A stretch of 63,652 bases of DNA, counting the filler, from Hyphochytrium catenoides (Eukaryota; Protista; Hyphochytriomycota), in the NCBI GenBank assembly GCA_900088475.1. It is 7 parts of 7 records of this genome, joined end to end, with 100 filler letters (N's around TTAATTAATTAA, not from the genome) between each part and the next. Parts side by side here need not be neighbours in the genome. Positions count along the whole stretch, not along the records: positions 39,359 to 57,644 come from FLMG01004443.1; positions 57,745 to 58,885 come from FLMG01000270.1; positions 58,986 to 62,490 come from FLMG01001330.1; 4 more parts are not named here. One strand, written 5' to 3'. The notes beneath the pieces are model-generated. The model made no database searches. It saw nothing but the letters and a program-made list of their open reading frames with translations, and was not told where the DNA came from. Positions 51,133-62,281 of the stretch are shown here, one piece after another; position 1 is the stretch's first letter, and each line of letters opens with the position of its first letter. Position numbers and translations under genes: made by a program.

Positions 51133-53008
51133 GCAATCCTCTGTTTGCTTTATGCTTGATTGCAACCGGTAGACGATGCTTTACAGCGCTTCGCCTCTGA
51201 AGCCGCATGGGGTGGAGATTGAGCCACTGAATGGTACAAGAACATAACAAGAGGCAACACTTTTTTTAGGTACTTATCGTGTGCTGGTGCTCTAAGTTCA
51301 CCGAAGGCCTTAGAATTGCGATCATGTATGCAAATCGCTTCTCCTGAGACCGCTTATTGGAGTTTTGGAGTGGGGACTAGCCGCTCCTTCACAGCCTTAT
51401 GCTTCAGACCTGTGCTTTCGTGGTGATGAGAAATGGAGTAAAAGTCTCAATGCCTTGTGCTGTCCCTGTGTCCACTACAACCTGCCGCCGAGAAATGACC
51501 GACAAGGTTATGGAAACAACATTTACTCATTCTTTGACTAACGAACAGTCACATGGGCTTATTGGATACCTTATAAATAAGGCTGTCCAACTGATGCCAA
51601 GGTGGATTGATATTTATAGGCGCTTATTATGACCTCAACTACGCCCTCTGAACGCGAAGTGGACGTACGAAATGTTTTCCCCCCGTATTTCTAGGGCTGT
51701 AGCGCAACTAGCCATAGCATTCTGAAATGCTGTTTCTCTAATTGCAACCCCTCCAATTACAAATTACCCAAAGCAACGGCCACACGCAACGGGGCACAGG
51801 TTCATGACAAATTTGCCTCTGTATTCTCATTGGTTTCCCAAAGACACTAATAAGAAGATCGCTGTTAGCGACAGAACAGGCCGCATGTATCCTAGAACAA
51901 GCTTGTCTCATTTTGTTGTTATTTCTGTTCACACCTCATTGGATAGCTTTTGTAGAATGTGGGGCGGTAGTGGCTTGTTACTGTAGCTACTACTCTTATG
52001 CTACCTCGAGTTCTATGAAATAAGTATTGAGGTCTGGTGGAACCATAACGCTCTGCTCTTATGAGGGCATATATTAGTGGGGATACCGATAACTGCCAGT
52101 GCAAAGTAAAGATCCAAATAGTACGAAGAGTTTCACCCGAAGATGTATGGTCTATCAAAATAAGGGTTCTTCTTTCTTATTATCCGCTGACTGGGTAGGA
52201 ACCCTAGGATAATTGTCACGCGCTCCTGTTTATTACTTATTTTGTGTTATTATTAGAGAGGCACTTTCTGGCATCAGCAGACCTTTCCGGCTTTTTATTT
52301 GTGATTGATGAGTAGAACTACAGTTTTACAGTATGAAAGAATCTGAATTTTGACTATGGAGTTGTCTGTAGACCGACTACAGTACTCTGTTACTACTTAG
52401 GTAGTCCTGGAACAAACGTTGTCTTCAAGTTTACTACAAAGGACTTTCGTTGGGAGCTCAAAGATCACAATACCAGGCCCTTGTATTGGTAGAACTACAG
52501 GGGGTATCTTCGCCGTTATATCCTTCAAGGGTGAGATGCTTGAAAGGATGGGCAAGGTGAATTGCTTCGTATCTGCCGCACATATCTCTTTCTTGAACAA
52601 GCCGTTCCAGAGAAGATTTTTTCCTCTCGCCATGTGCTGGTGAATTCTACCGGACTGTGGGTCATAGCACGCAGCAAGAGGCAGCCTCAGTACGAAGAGC
52701 GGATGGGATATGAGGAACCACACGTAATTCAACTATTTATTATACATTATCTTTGTGTTACGTAGCTCCAACTACCCAGAGGGAGGAGAAGAATAATCTC
52801 ATTACTTCTAAGAGAGGAAGAAGAGAGACAACAACGGCTAGAAAGCTTTGGTCTCTTCATAGAATGACTAAAATGATGTTTGAAATATTCCTTCGTGGTA
52901 TAATGATGGCAACACGGCGCGGCGTGTATATGTGCCAAGCATCTTCGTCCCCTCTCAGTCTGCAAAATCACTAGACTGATCACTTTCTCCTTCCTGCAGA
53001 TAAATGAA

Positions 53009-54961
53009 ATGATAGTCCTTACTTCAGCTTATTTGAAGGTTATTCTCATTATCGGCTTCACTGTCAAACACGTTAGGCTATTGGCAGCACAATCTTCATT
53101 ATATGGAGCTCACGAGTCAACGGCAACGTCTTCAACTTGGGTACTTATACTGCCTTCGAGCTTCGAAGTGACCAGAAGACGAACAAGCAAACTCGATGGA
53201 ATCATACTGGTGGACGCGGATGGGTATAATAGCAGTACAGATCCTCAGTACGAAGTCCTAATCAGTGTGACGCAGGGTTACTTATCCATAAGTAGTGTAG
53301 AAGCCCTGCGCGGAGTGACCTTTAGAGTCGGGGACGGTAACTTTAATGCTGAGATGAGCTTTCATGGCAATTACGCGGAAACTAAGCAGGCGCTGGAGGG
53401 TCTGACTTTTACACATGTCAACGCCGAAGTTCAAGGGAAGAATAGACTCTTCTTCTCGGTGGAACTGAGTCGGATCAGTCAACGTAACATCTCGACAGCC
53501 GGAGATCTAATCCCCATCAACATTTTAGCACCGAGGGGCACCAAGGAAGGTTTACGAACAGTTCGTGCAGATAGCTATTATAGGAGAATGGATAGTGTTC
53601 ACCCGTCTGAACCTACAATTCTTTGTCAGTTCAAAGAGTACGGGCTTTGCTACCTACCACTTTCAGCAGCTGTGGCGCTTGGCATTTGCGTCGTCGGCTT
53701 CCTCGGCCTCCTGACAATAATGTGGCTAAAAAGAAGAATGAGTACTCTTACAAGGTTCTCCAAAAGGGTTTCCAGCCACGATTCCTCTTCGCCTAAAGAA
53801 GAGCAAGCTCCGTCCACCATCTCGTCTCAGGCCAAAGCTATCAGGGCCAAACCCATCAGTCTCTCTGAAGTCGCCGTTGAGGCACTTCCTCGTAGCGATA
53901 CTACGGACACTAGGACCTTGAACTCAAACGTCTTCATAGAAGAAGCACTAGCAACCCTTTCTACTCCACAAACCCTGTATTTTGTGATAACTCATCTCGA
54001 GTTGACGGATAACGTAAGTGTAAGGCAAACCGCAGCCTGGATTCACAAGCTTCTGGGAAAAGCAGATGAGCGTGACGACCTTCTAGTGTATCTGATGCAG
54101 AAAGAGCTGTCTTCGTTGATCGCTGAGGGACCCGCAATTGTAAAACAGTTGTCCGCCTCAACTCCGTCAAAAGCATCCGGTGGGGAGCAGACTCTGAGAG
54201 CATTCCTCACCTTATCTTTGGCTCCTCAGATTGACAAATGGGCAGAGCCTGTTGTTCGTACCGCCATCGGGTACGTCTCCTCTTTAGACGTAGCTAAACA
54301 GCTCCAAGATGACAATCTTCGCATGAACGAGGAGCTACTGCTTATTTTGCGTGGTGTGAAAACAATTCTCGAAGAGACCACCGCATGCATTGATAGCCTG
54401 CCCTCTGCATTGCTTTCTCTTCTGTCAGCTACCGTCAGAACATATGGACAGGATTCCCTAGGCACGAACTATCCATACAACCGATACTTCGGTATCGTCG
54501 CAATTAAGGATGTCCTCATCAGATGTATAAACCCAGATGCAGGCACTGAGGAGAACCTATCCTGCCCAGCATCTTGGAAGCAGACACTTCGACTTATTAG
54601 CAATGCCGCAGCTGACATTTGCGCGGATGGTGCTGAACGTTACCTCCAGAATGCTCCCTATACCTGTTCCCAAGACCCCCAACTAAAGAACCTTTGCACT
54701 GAATTAGACTCTTTAAGGCGCCGTTTATTTTTTAGAGCCTCCCTCAATTTGGATAAGCATGCTGGCCCTTATGAGCTTGCAACAAGTTCCAAACTAGTTA
54801 ATTTTGGTGCTAGGCAGTCAGAGCTGGAGCAGATCATCCCGGATATAAAGAAGACACTATTGCTTGGGCTAGATTTCGCCAAGATAACCCTTAACCCTAC
54901 CGCTAAAGCCGATGTCCAACAGATCAGACTTATTCTGGAGGCACTGATGCTACAACCCTAG
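53009..54961 (+). CDS. Single-pass membrane protein with an adhesin/cadherin-like ectodomain repeat and a degenerate cytoplasmic RasGAP-like domain
   Basis: 650-aa uninterrupted ORF. The ectodomain ISVTQGYLSI...GVTFRVGDGNFNAEMSFHGNYAETKQALEGLTF resembles repeats of giant bacterial adhesins. TM at ~53654-53728. The helical cytoplasmic region has LLVYLMQKEL, IDSLPSAL, VLIRCINPD (FLRFINPA-like) and KQTLRLISNA (RRTLTLIAKV-like). Confidence 0.7.
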   Translation: MIVLTSAYLKVILIIGFTVKHVRLLAAQSSLYGAHESTATSSTWVLILPSSFEVTRRRTSKLDGIILVDADGYNSSTDPQYEVLISVTQGYLSISSVEALRGVTFRVGDGNFNAEMSFHGNYAETKQALEGLTFTHVNAEVQGKNRLFFSVELSRISQRNISTAGDLIPINILAPRGTKEGLRTVRADSYYRRMDSVHPSEPTILCQFKEYGLCYLPLSAAVALGICVVGFLGLLTIMWLKRRMSTLTRFSKRVSSHDSSSPKEEQAPSTISSQAKAIRAKPISLSEVAVEALPRSDTTDTRTLNSNVFIEEALATLSTPQTLYFVITHLELTDNVSVRQTAAWIHKLLGKADERDDLLVYLMQKELSSLIAEGPAIVKQLSASTPSKASGGEQTLRAFLTLSLAPQIDKWAEPVVRTAIGYVSSLDVAKQLQDDNLRMNEELLLILRGVKTILEETTACIDSLPSALLSLLSATVRTYGQDSLGTNYPYNRYFGIVAIKDVLIRCINPDAGTEENLSCPASWKQTLRLISNAAADICADGAERYLQNAPYTCSQDPQLKNLCTELDSLRRRLFFRASLNLDKHAGPYELATSSKLVNFGARQSELEQIIPDIKKTLLLGLDFAKITLNPTAKADVQQIRLILEALMLQP

Positions 54962-55874
54962 GAGGGGTGGCGACGGATTGATCACCAGCGGGAAAAGTAC
55001 TCCCCGCGACAACATCCCAGAGTTTCCAGTGTGCATCAGCAATCGTTCTGTTTCCCCGGGCAGAGTGGTGAAGGCGCATCCCTAGGAATAATTCCCCAAT
55101 AAAAAGCGCCTCTTCTTCTCCCTCTCCAGGCTCCTCGTCCGACCGCCACTTCGCTTCTTCCACGCCATTAGGGTCTGTCTCTCTCTTGTGAAGAGCTTAA
55201 CAAAGGCAGAAAGCGACGACAGAGAGAAATTAGAGAGGAAGGAGAGAGAGAGAAGAGAGAGAGAAGGGGGGGAGGGAGAGAGGAAAAGAGAGAGAGAAAG
55301 AGAGAGGTAGGTGAGGGACAGAGAGACAGAGAGAGAGAGAGAGAGAGAAAAAGAGGGAGAGAGTCAGAAAGAAAGTCTCTCAAGATTTTGCGCTATCTTC
55401 TATGAAAAACAAAATAGTCAAGGAACGAACCAGTGCTGTCTCTCTCCTGCCGGTCTCTCTCCGGATGTCTCTCCTGGTCTCCATTTCTTCTCTCTGCCAA
55501 AAGGACCTCTTCCCTCTCAAAAAAATTGCCGGAGAAGAGACTCCCCGGTCTCCTCAGAGCAGCCCGGACTCTCTCCCAAAAAGAGGGAAAGCTCGGCTTG
55601 GGACAGAGAGAGAGAGAGAACGAGGCATTGACCAGGTCAGCAGACGGAAGCTCCAAGTCTTTATCTTCAAAGCGCTTGTGCAGTAGCGTCAGTCTCTCTC
55701 CATATCCAGCTTGAAAAGAAGAGGAGAGAGAAAGGAAAAGTCAAGAAGAAGAGAATCTGACCAGGAGTTTCTAATCTAACTTTAAGGGGAGAGGGCGAGG
55801 GAGAAAGAGGAGAGAAAGAGAGAGAAAGAGAGAGAGAGAGAGAAAAAGAGAGAAAGAGAGAGAGAGAGAGAAAA

Positions 55875-55907
<33 letters not shown>

Positions 55908-56049
55908 AAGAGGAAAAAAGGGGAGGATGATAGAGAGAGGGGGTAGAGTAGAGAGAGAGAAAGACAAGAGATCCAAGAAAGTCTGCTTAGTCAGCCACGC
56001 GAACAGAAGACATTGAATTGAACCACCCTATCCCTTCCTTCTCTTTCCT

Positions 56050-56110
<61 letters not shown>

Positions 56111-56556
56111 TGCTCGCTCTTACTCTCACCTCCCTCAGCTCTCCTGCTGAGCACGTGCAAGCACTCTGCAGAGCAATCCACGGCCAGCACTCGCCATCCG
56201 CGTCTAAGAAGCTCCATAGAATCTGTTCCAGCCCCACAGCCAAGATCTATCGCCAAGGGAGGGAGAGAGAGAGAAAGAGAGAGAGAAGGAGAGAGAGCAT
56301 TGTCGCGGCACAGACTAGCTCTTCCCTGTCTCTCTTTCGTCTTGGCGTCCCATAGCGTGAGGGCGAGAAGAAGAAGAGACGACGGCTTCTGTTCCCTTTC
56401 GGCCTCTCTCAGGTAGACTTGCAACACTCTCTCAGCTGTTAACAAAGGAGGAGAGAGAGCCTGCACTTCTTCTTCCTCTTCTTCTTCTTCTTCTTCGTCT
56501 GTAGAAGAGGAAGAGACACCGGAGGACCAGCTGCCGTCTCTCTCTTCTCTTGACAT
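54930..56556 (-). CDS. Class I SAM-dependent methyltransferase (bacterial TehB/TPMT-like family), multi-exon
   Basis: AIDLGCGAGTDSMELLRRGWRVLAVD (motif I), DLVNASFSLSLCPKPSFPSFWERVRAALRRPGSLFSGNFF (~55460-55640) and C-terminal HWKLWDVVA (HWHxFHVVA-like) in ORF 54930-55163. Confidence 0.8.
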
Positions 56557-57067
56557 CACGCTTCTCTCTTCTATCCTATGAAGGCAGGAGAGAGAGCCGG
56601 TCCTTTTGAAGGAAGCGGAGATTTGCCCGTCAGCGGCTCAGGAGGAGTTTGCCTCATAGTGTTAAACTTGGAAAGTTTGTGCTGGGAAAGAGAGAAAAGA
56701 GAAAAGGCGATGAGAAGCACACTTCTGAAGCTTTCTGTCTGAGAGGCAGCGCCAGCTGGTTGTGGGAGAGAGAGAGCGGAGCGAAAGAGAGAGAAAGAGG
56801 GAAGAGAGAGAGAGAGAGAGAGAGAAAAAGGAGAGAGAGAGAGAGAGAAAAGAGAGAGAGAGAGAAAGGAGAGAGAAAATAGAGGGAGAGACAAGGAGGG
56901 AGACGGGAGAGAGACCAGCAGGAGAGAGAGACAGAGAAAAGACCTAGCAAAAAGCAAGAAGCAACAGAACGACGGAGAAAAGATCACATCAGGAATAATC
57001 AAGCAGTCGACGCCTATGATAACTATGAAAGTTGACAGTAACGCCTTTTAGCTTGAGATTAGTACCT

Positions 57068-57138
<71 letters not shown>

Positions 57139-58275
57139 CACACACATTTTCTGTCTTATTCTGTCTCTTGATGGCCTTCCGTCTCTTTCTTTGAAAAGAT
57201 TTGCCCTGGTGGCATCAGAGTCATCAGTCTCTTTCGTGTTCTCTTCTCCTTCATCAGGTGCCCCATTCTCTTTCCTCTCTCCGCCAGAACAGCCTCTTTT
57301 TCCCAAAAGCGTGAGAAGAGCGAAAGAGAGAAGACACGGACAGAAAAGAAAAGCGAGCGCTGGGAAGTTCAGTCACGAGCGAGAAAGAGAGAGAGCAGCA
57401 CAGACATTCTTCCTTGCCAGAGGCAGAGGGACGGAGAAAGACTTTAGAGCGAAAGGCAGTGGCGAAGGTAGACAAGGCGAGACATATAGAAGGGGAGAGA
57501 GAGAGAGATTTAGGAAATCGGTAGGAAAGAACCAAGAGAGAGAGAGAAAAGCAGGAGAGAGAGAGAGAAAAGCAGGAGAGAGAGACACAGAGAGAGACAA
57601 AGCACAATGAGCAGCAGCTCATTTGCCCTGGAGCCTTCCTCCTCNNNNNNNNNNNNNNNNNNNNNNNNNNNNNNNNNNNNNNNNNNNNTTAATTAATTAA
57701 NNNNNNNNNNNNNNNNNNNNNNNNNNNNNNNNNNNNNNNNNNNNTGCTCTTGAGCTGTTTCCTCCTCCTCTTATTCCCGGGCATGGTTCTGGGGTAGCAT
57801 AGTATTACCTAGGGAACAGTTTCGTTAACCTCGGTATATGTTTGTTTAATTCGGTAGATATCCTAACCTTGTCCTAATATTTATACTGTCTGTTGTTTAG
57901 GAGCCTAAAAAGAGTAACAAGTTAAATGTACTACTTCATTAACCATAAGAAAGCTGATCATGAGGACTAGAAATAGTCAGTTGCAGCCCACTCCTGGTGT
58001 CAGAAGTTATCTCTTTGTCACTCTGTCTTTATCCCCTCCAGAAGAAAACCAAAGTGATCATGGTGATATTGTCGCCGCTCTGTCTTTGAGCTTTAGCTAT
58101 TCTCGGCGTTCTCATAATCAAGAGAAGAGAACCAGCGAGAGAAAGAGAAAAGGAGAGAGGAGAAAGAGAGAAAGGATGGTCATATAATTACAGTGGTGGG
58201 AGAGAGAGAGAGAGAGAGAGGAAGAGAAGGGGAAGAGAGAGAGAGGAAGAGGAGGGGAAGAGAGAGAGAGAGAGG

Positions 58276-58325
<50 letters not shown>

Positions 58326-58839
58326 GAGGAGGGGAAGATAGAGAGAGAGAGGGAGGGCGAGAGAGAGAGAGGAAGAGGAGGGGAAGATAGAGAAAGAGAA
58401 AGAGGGAGAAAGAGAGAGAAAGAGAGCGAAGGAGAGAGTGAGAGAGAGAGAGAGAGAGAGAGACATAAGAACAAAAAGCAGCAGCAAAGATAAAATGCTG
58501 ATGTTTCACAAGCACACCAACACCACCTTTTGCTCAATGAAAAAGCAGAGATCCGAAGATCTCTAGCAAGGTGCGGGAAGAGAGAGAGAGAGAGAAAGAA
58601 AGAGAGAGAGAGGTGGCTAGATGGAGAGATTGAGAGTTGAAGAAAGGCAATAGAAAGAGAGAAAGAAGAAAGGAGAGAGGTGCTTATTGAGCGTGTTTCG
58701 GTCGTAGGAGAGGACAACAGCGAAGAGGAAAGCGAGTGGGAAGAGAGAGCAAATCGGAAGAGACACCAGAACAGAAAGAGACAGCAGAACAGAGGGAAGA
58801 GAACACGCCGTGGGAGTGAGAGAGAGAGAGAGAGAGACA

Positions 58840-58885
<46 letters not shown>
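55780..58885. repeat. Dense (GA)n/(CT)n microsatellite zone (similar tracts at 25400-27600, 31340-32220, 34260-34640, 41780-42990, 60480-61010 and 63100-63652)
   Basis: Long GA/CT tracts are visible directly. They generate the many spurious (SL)n/(ER)n ORFs in the ORF track. Confidence 0.95.
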
Positions 58886-59031
58886 NNNNNNNNNNNNNNN
58901 NNNNNNNNNNNNNNNNNNNNNNNNNNNNNTTAATTAATTAANNNNNNNNNNNNNNNNNNNNNNNNNNNNNNNNNNNNNNNNNNNNCGACATCAGCCAGGC
59001 GTTTACACTGCAAACGTCCTGCTCATAGTAG

Positions 59032-59067
59032 TAGGGTTAGGGTTAGCCTAACCCTAACCCTAACCCT
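59032..59067. repeat. Head-to-head telomeric repeat junction (TTAGGG)n-(CCCTAA)n
   Basis: tagggttagggttag-c-ctaaccctaaccctaaccct: perfect 15-bp inverted arms (59032-59046 and 59048-59062) around one base. Confidence 0.9.
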
Positions 59068-59940
59068 GGTCAGGAAAGGGAAAAAGCTCCGGCCAAGGAG
59101 AAATCACCAGAGGTGCATAAGCGCTACAGGGAGCGGCAGGAAGAGGCCTATGCGCTCATCGGCCTTAGCGTGGCAGACAGCCACTTCTCTTTTATCAAGC
59201 ATGCTGGTTCGGCAGCAGAAGCATGGGACGCGATACGGGACCATTTCATGGCTTCTGCGGATCTCGATATTCGAGAGATGCGCAACGAACTCTTCTCAAT
59301 CAATTTAAGAGAGGGTGAAGATATTCAAGTCCACATCACCTCTATCAAGACGCTTGTAGGACTGGAGTCACTAGGCAGGAAGGTTGAGGACGTCGATCTT
59401 GCCAACACCTTACTGACGAGCCTACCACCTTCCTACCGGTCTTTCGTTCATGCCATCGAGTACGGTGGTGTCACTAGTGGTGCCTCGGCAGCTGGGCAGC
59501 CCTCTCCTACCCTCATCATCAACATGTTGTTAAGGGAGGCACGGAAGCGAAAGAAGGACTCAGGTCTGGACGATGAGGACAAAGCTTTGAAGGCGAGGAA
59601 CGAGGGCGGGCTGGAAAGGAAAGGAGAGACCTGAGCCAATTGAAATGCTTCTTCTGTCAGAAGAAAAGGCACTTCAAGAAGGATTGCTACAAGCTGAAGA
59701 AGAAGCTGGACAAGGAGAAGAAGAATTCCCAACAGAGACCTGATAACGAGCGTGCCATGATGGCACACTCGGCTGTTGGAAAAAATGATCAAGTAGATCC
59801 TGTTCTCTTCTACGTGGACTCCGGAGCCACAAGTCATATGTGTGGGGATAGAAGCTTGTTCGATAGCTACCAGTCCATCCCCCCACGACGAGAACGAAGA
59901 AGGAACCATTGAGTCCGGATAAGGAAGAGCAATCCTATTG
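59068..59940 (+). mobile_element. Ty1/copia gag-protease remnant (UBN2-type gag, zinc knuckle, aspartic protease), disrupted
   Basis: AYALIGLSV...SAAEAWDAIRDHF...LLTSLPPSYRSFVHAIE; CCHC knuckle CFFCQKKRHFKKDC; protease FYVDSGATSHMCGDRSLF. There is a stop/frameshift at ~59632-59640, and the element is truncated after the protease. Confidence 0.92.
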
Positions 59941-61479
59941 GAACGAAGGGAAAGGGGCCACAGAAGTAAGAGAGAAGAGAACAGCGTCACAAGTGGCAAG
60001 CAGCTTCATTTGTTGAAAGGGGCGAAGAGAGATAGAGAGACAGAGACAGAGCGAAGGACAGAAAGGGAAAGAGAGAGAGTTGGAGAGAGACCTCACTCCG
60101 AGGAGAGGAGATGGAGATGGCAGGGCGGGAAGGGAGGTCGACAAAAGTTTGAGAGAAAGATGCAGAGAGATGAAGAGGAGAGAGGGAGAGAGAACTCAAC
60201 GGCAACTATCTTGGTCGGGCTTCCAAGAGATGGCAACGTCAAATTCCCGTCTGCGTCCATAGAATTGTACACGAGAATCAGAAGCGAGAATCAGAGCTGG
60301 CTCTTCTTTTCCTTGTAAGCCTTTCTTCTTCTCTCAGCTCTGTCCTCTCTCGAACGCGAGAGTCTTCTACGCTTTTGGTGCATTTTTAATGCTTTTTGCG
60401 ATCCTCTCGCGCCTTTCTAATGGTCTGCCGCCGTGGTCTGTCTTCCTAGAATTCGAGGAAAGAAGGGTCCAGCTACAGATACAAAGAAACGGGAAAAGCG
60501 ATGAGGGGAGAGCGAGAAAGAAGACAACGAGAGAAAGAACAAGAGAAACGGGAAGACTGATAGAAGAGAGTGAAAGAAAGAGAGGGAGAGAAGGAAGAAG
60601 GACGTGAGAGGGGGTAGGAGAAGAAGCAGGGAGGAAGGAAGGGAAGAGAGAGCAAAAGAGACGAGAGCGAGAGAGGAAGAGGAAGAGGGATCGGGTATAG
60701 GGTAAGGCAGGAAGGGAATACAAGTTAGGGCTTCTAGGCGAGAGGAAGAAAGAGAGAGGGGAGAAGGGACGTCCCAAGGATTTCCAAGGAGAGATAACGA
60801 TAAGGGAAAGTGTCTAGCGGAAGAGAGGAGACAAAAAAGAGAGAGAGGTAAAGGTGGAGGGAGAGAGATACAGTGACAGTAAGACGAAAGAAAGGAAGAG
60901 AGAGAGAGTCAGAGGGAGAGAGAGGGACCGAGAAAAAAGTCCCCTTCAGAGGCTTATTAAGTTCCTCCTGATTCAACAATCTTCGCCATCCACTCTCTCT
61001 CTCTCTCTCTTTATTCTGCGCTTTGCGAAGCTCTAAATTCTACTGCTCTTGCGTCTGACTGAGCTCGATCGTCTAGCTGATCTGACTGTGGTGCTGGAAC
61101 TTTCTCCATCTCAGTATTGCAAGCTGAGCATCCAGATCTCCCTCATCTCCTCTCTTTCTGAAGGAGGGCTATAGCCGTGGCTCTTTGCTTGACTGCCTTG
61201 CATTCCATACTTATCCTCTCCTATTCTACTCTCTTTATTTTTAACTTCTTCCCCTCGTTCCTTATCCACTGCACTCGTCTCTTTTCGGTCTCTCTTCCTC
61301 CTTTTATTTCCCTCTCTCGCTCTTTCTGGGTTTTGCTGTCATTAGCTCCCGATTAGAACTTCTTCCCATCGCCCGAGGGAGAGAAGGTGGGTTTCATGGC
61401 AAAAGTAAGATGGACAGGGTAGACTTGATATCTATTCACTCTCCCTTGTCCTGCTAGCTGAGAGAGAGAGAGAGGGTGT

Positions 61480-61800
61480 TGTCAGGGTTGATTCTGCTTG
61501 TGAAGCACCACCTTCGCCAGAAGCGGAAGGTGAACTCTCATAGACTTCGTCCTCGACAATGATGTCCCAGCAATCTTCCTTCATGAGGAGAAGTTGCATC
61601 TGCTGCTTCCATTCAAAGCAGTTTGCAGCTCCTGTTAGCTTCTCAAAGGAAGTGGAGAGGGAAGACGTGGAGGAGATGATGATGGTAGATGTCTGGTAGA
61701 AGAAGAGTGGGCCTTTAATAACCTGATTAGATGGCAGGGTTGGTTGGAAGCTCTTCTTCGTTGTGGTGCAAATAGCAGAATGAGATTAATGAAGATTGTG
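61480..61800 (-). mobile_element. 5' end of a copia element: LTR end, PBS-like site and gag N-terminus (DUF4219-like)
   Basis: Minus strand ...ATCA|GGTTATTAAAGGCCC (61709-61725) resembles LTR-CA plus the GGTTATGGGCCC PBS. It is followed by FEKLTGAANCFEWKQQMQLLLMKEDCWDII, the copia gag N-terminal motif. The upstream LTR boundary was not determined. Confidence 0.75.
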
Positions 61801-62281
61801 AGCTTGAGCAAAGCTCCATGAACTAATGATCCCTAAGTCCTATAAAGCCTAAGTATGCAAAGCTATAAGAATGACACGCATGAGGGAAAGCAGAGAGGAC
61901 TACTGCTCTTAGCAGCGGGAGAGAAATGAGAGTGTTAGAAAGTAATTGAATGGTCGCCAAGGGATTCATCGTCTCAGACAAGAGAATCAGCAATAAACTG
62001 GTGGCCAGAAGGAAGGGAAGAAGTAAAGTCAGAAAGAGAAAAATGTTCACGAAGTAGGAACAACTTTCTTAAGAAATTTTAATAAAGTAGGACAAGGAAT
62101 CAAGAAGAAGAAAGTTCCTTGCTATAGAGAACCCAGAAGAAACAAAAGGGTTCTCAACAAGGGGAACGTGACAACATGGAACCACGCACTACATTTGCCA
62201 GGGAAAGAAGTCTATCAGCTATAAAATTGACCTTGATAAGAGATGTACTGTTAGAGAGTGGCCGGTACTGATTCTACTGAC

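Noticed and set aside
57032-58852. Many 100-240-aa ORFs rich in SL/ER repeats (also 16226-16815, 26318-26974, 31791-32327, 34159-34792, 41664-43063)
   Set aside because: These are translations of GA/CT microsatellites, which lack stop codons.
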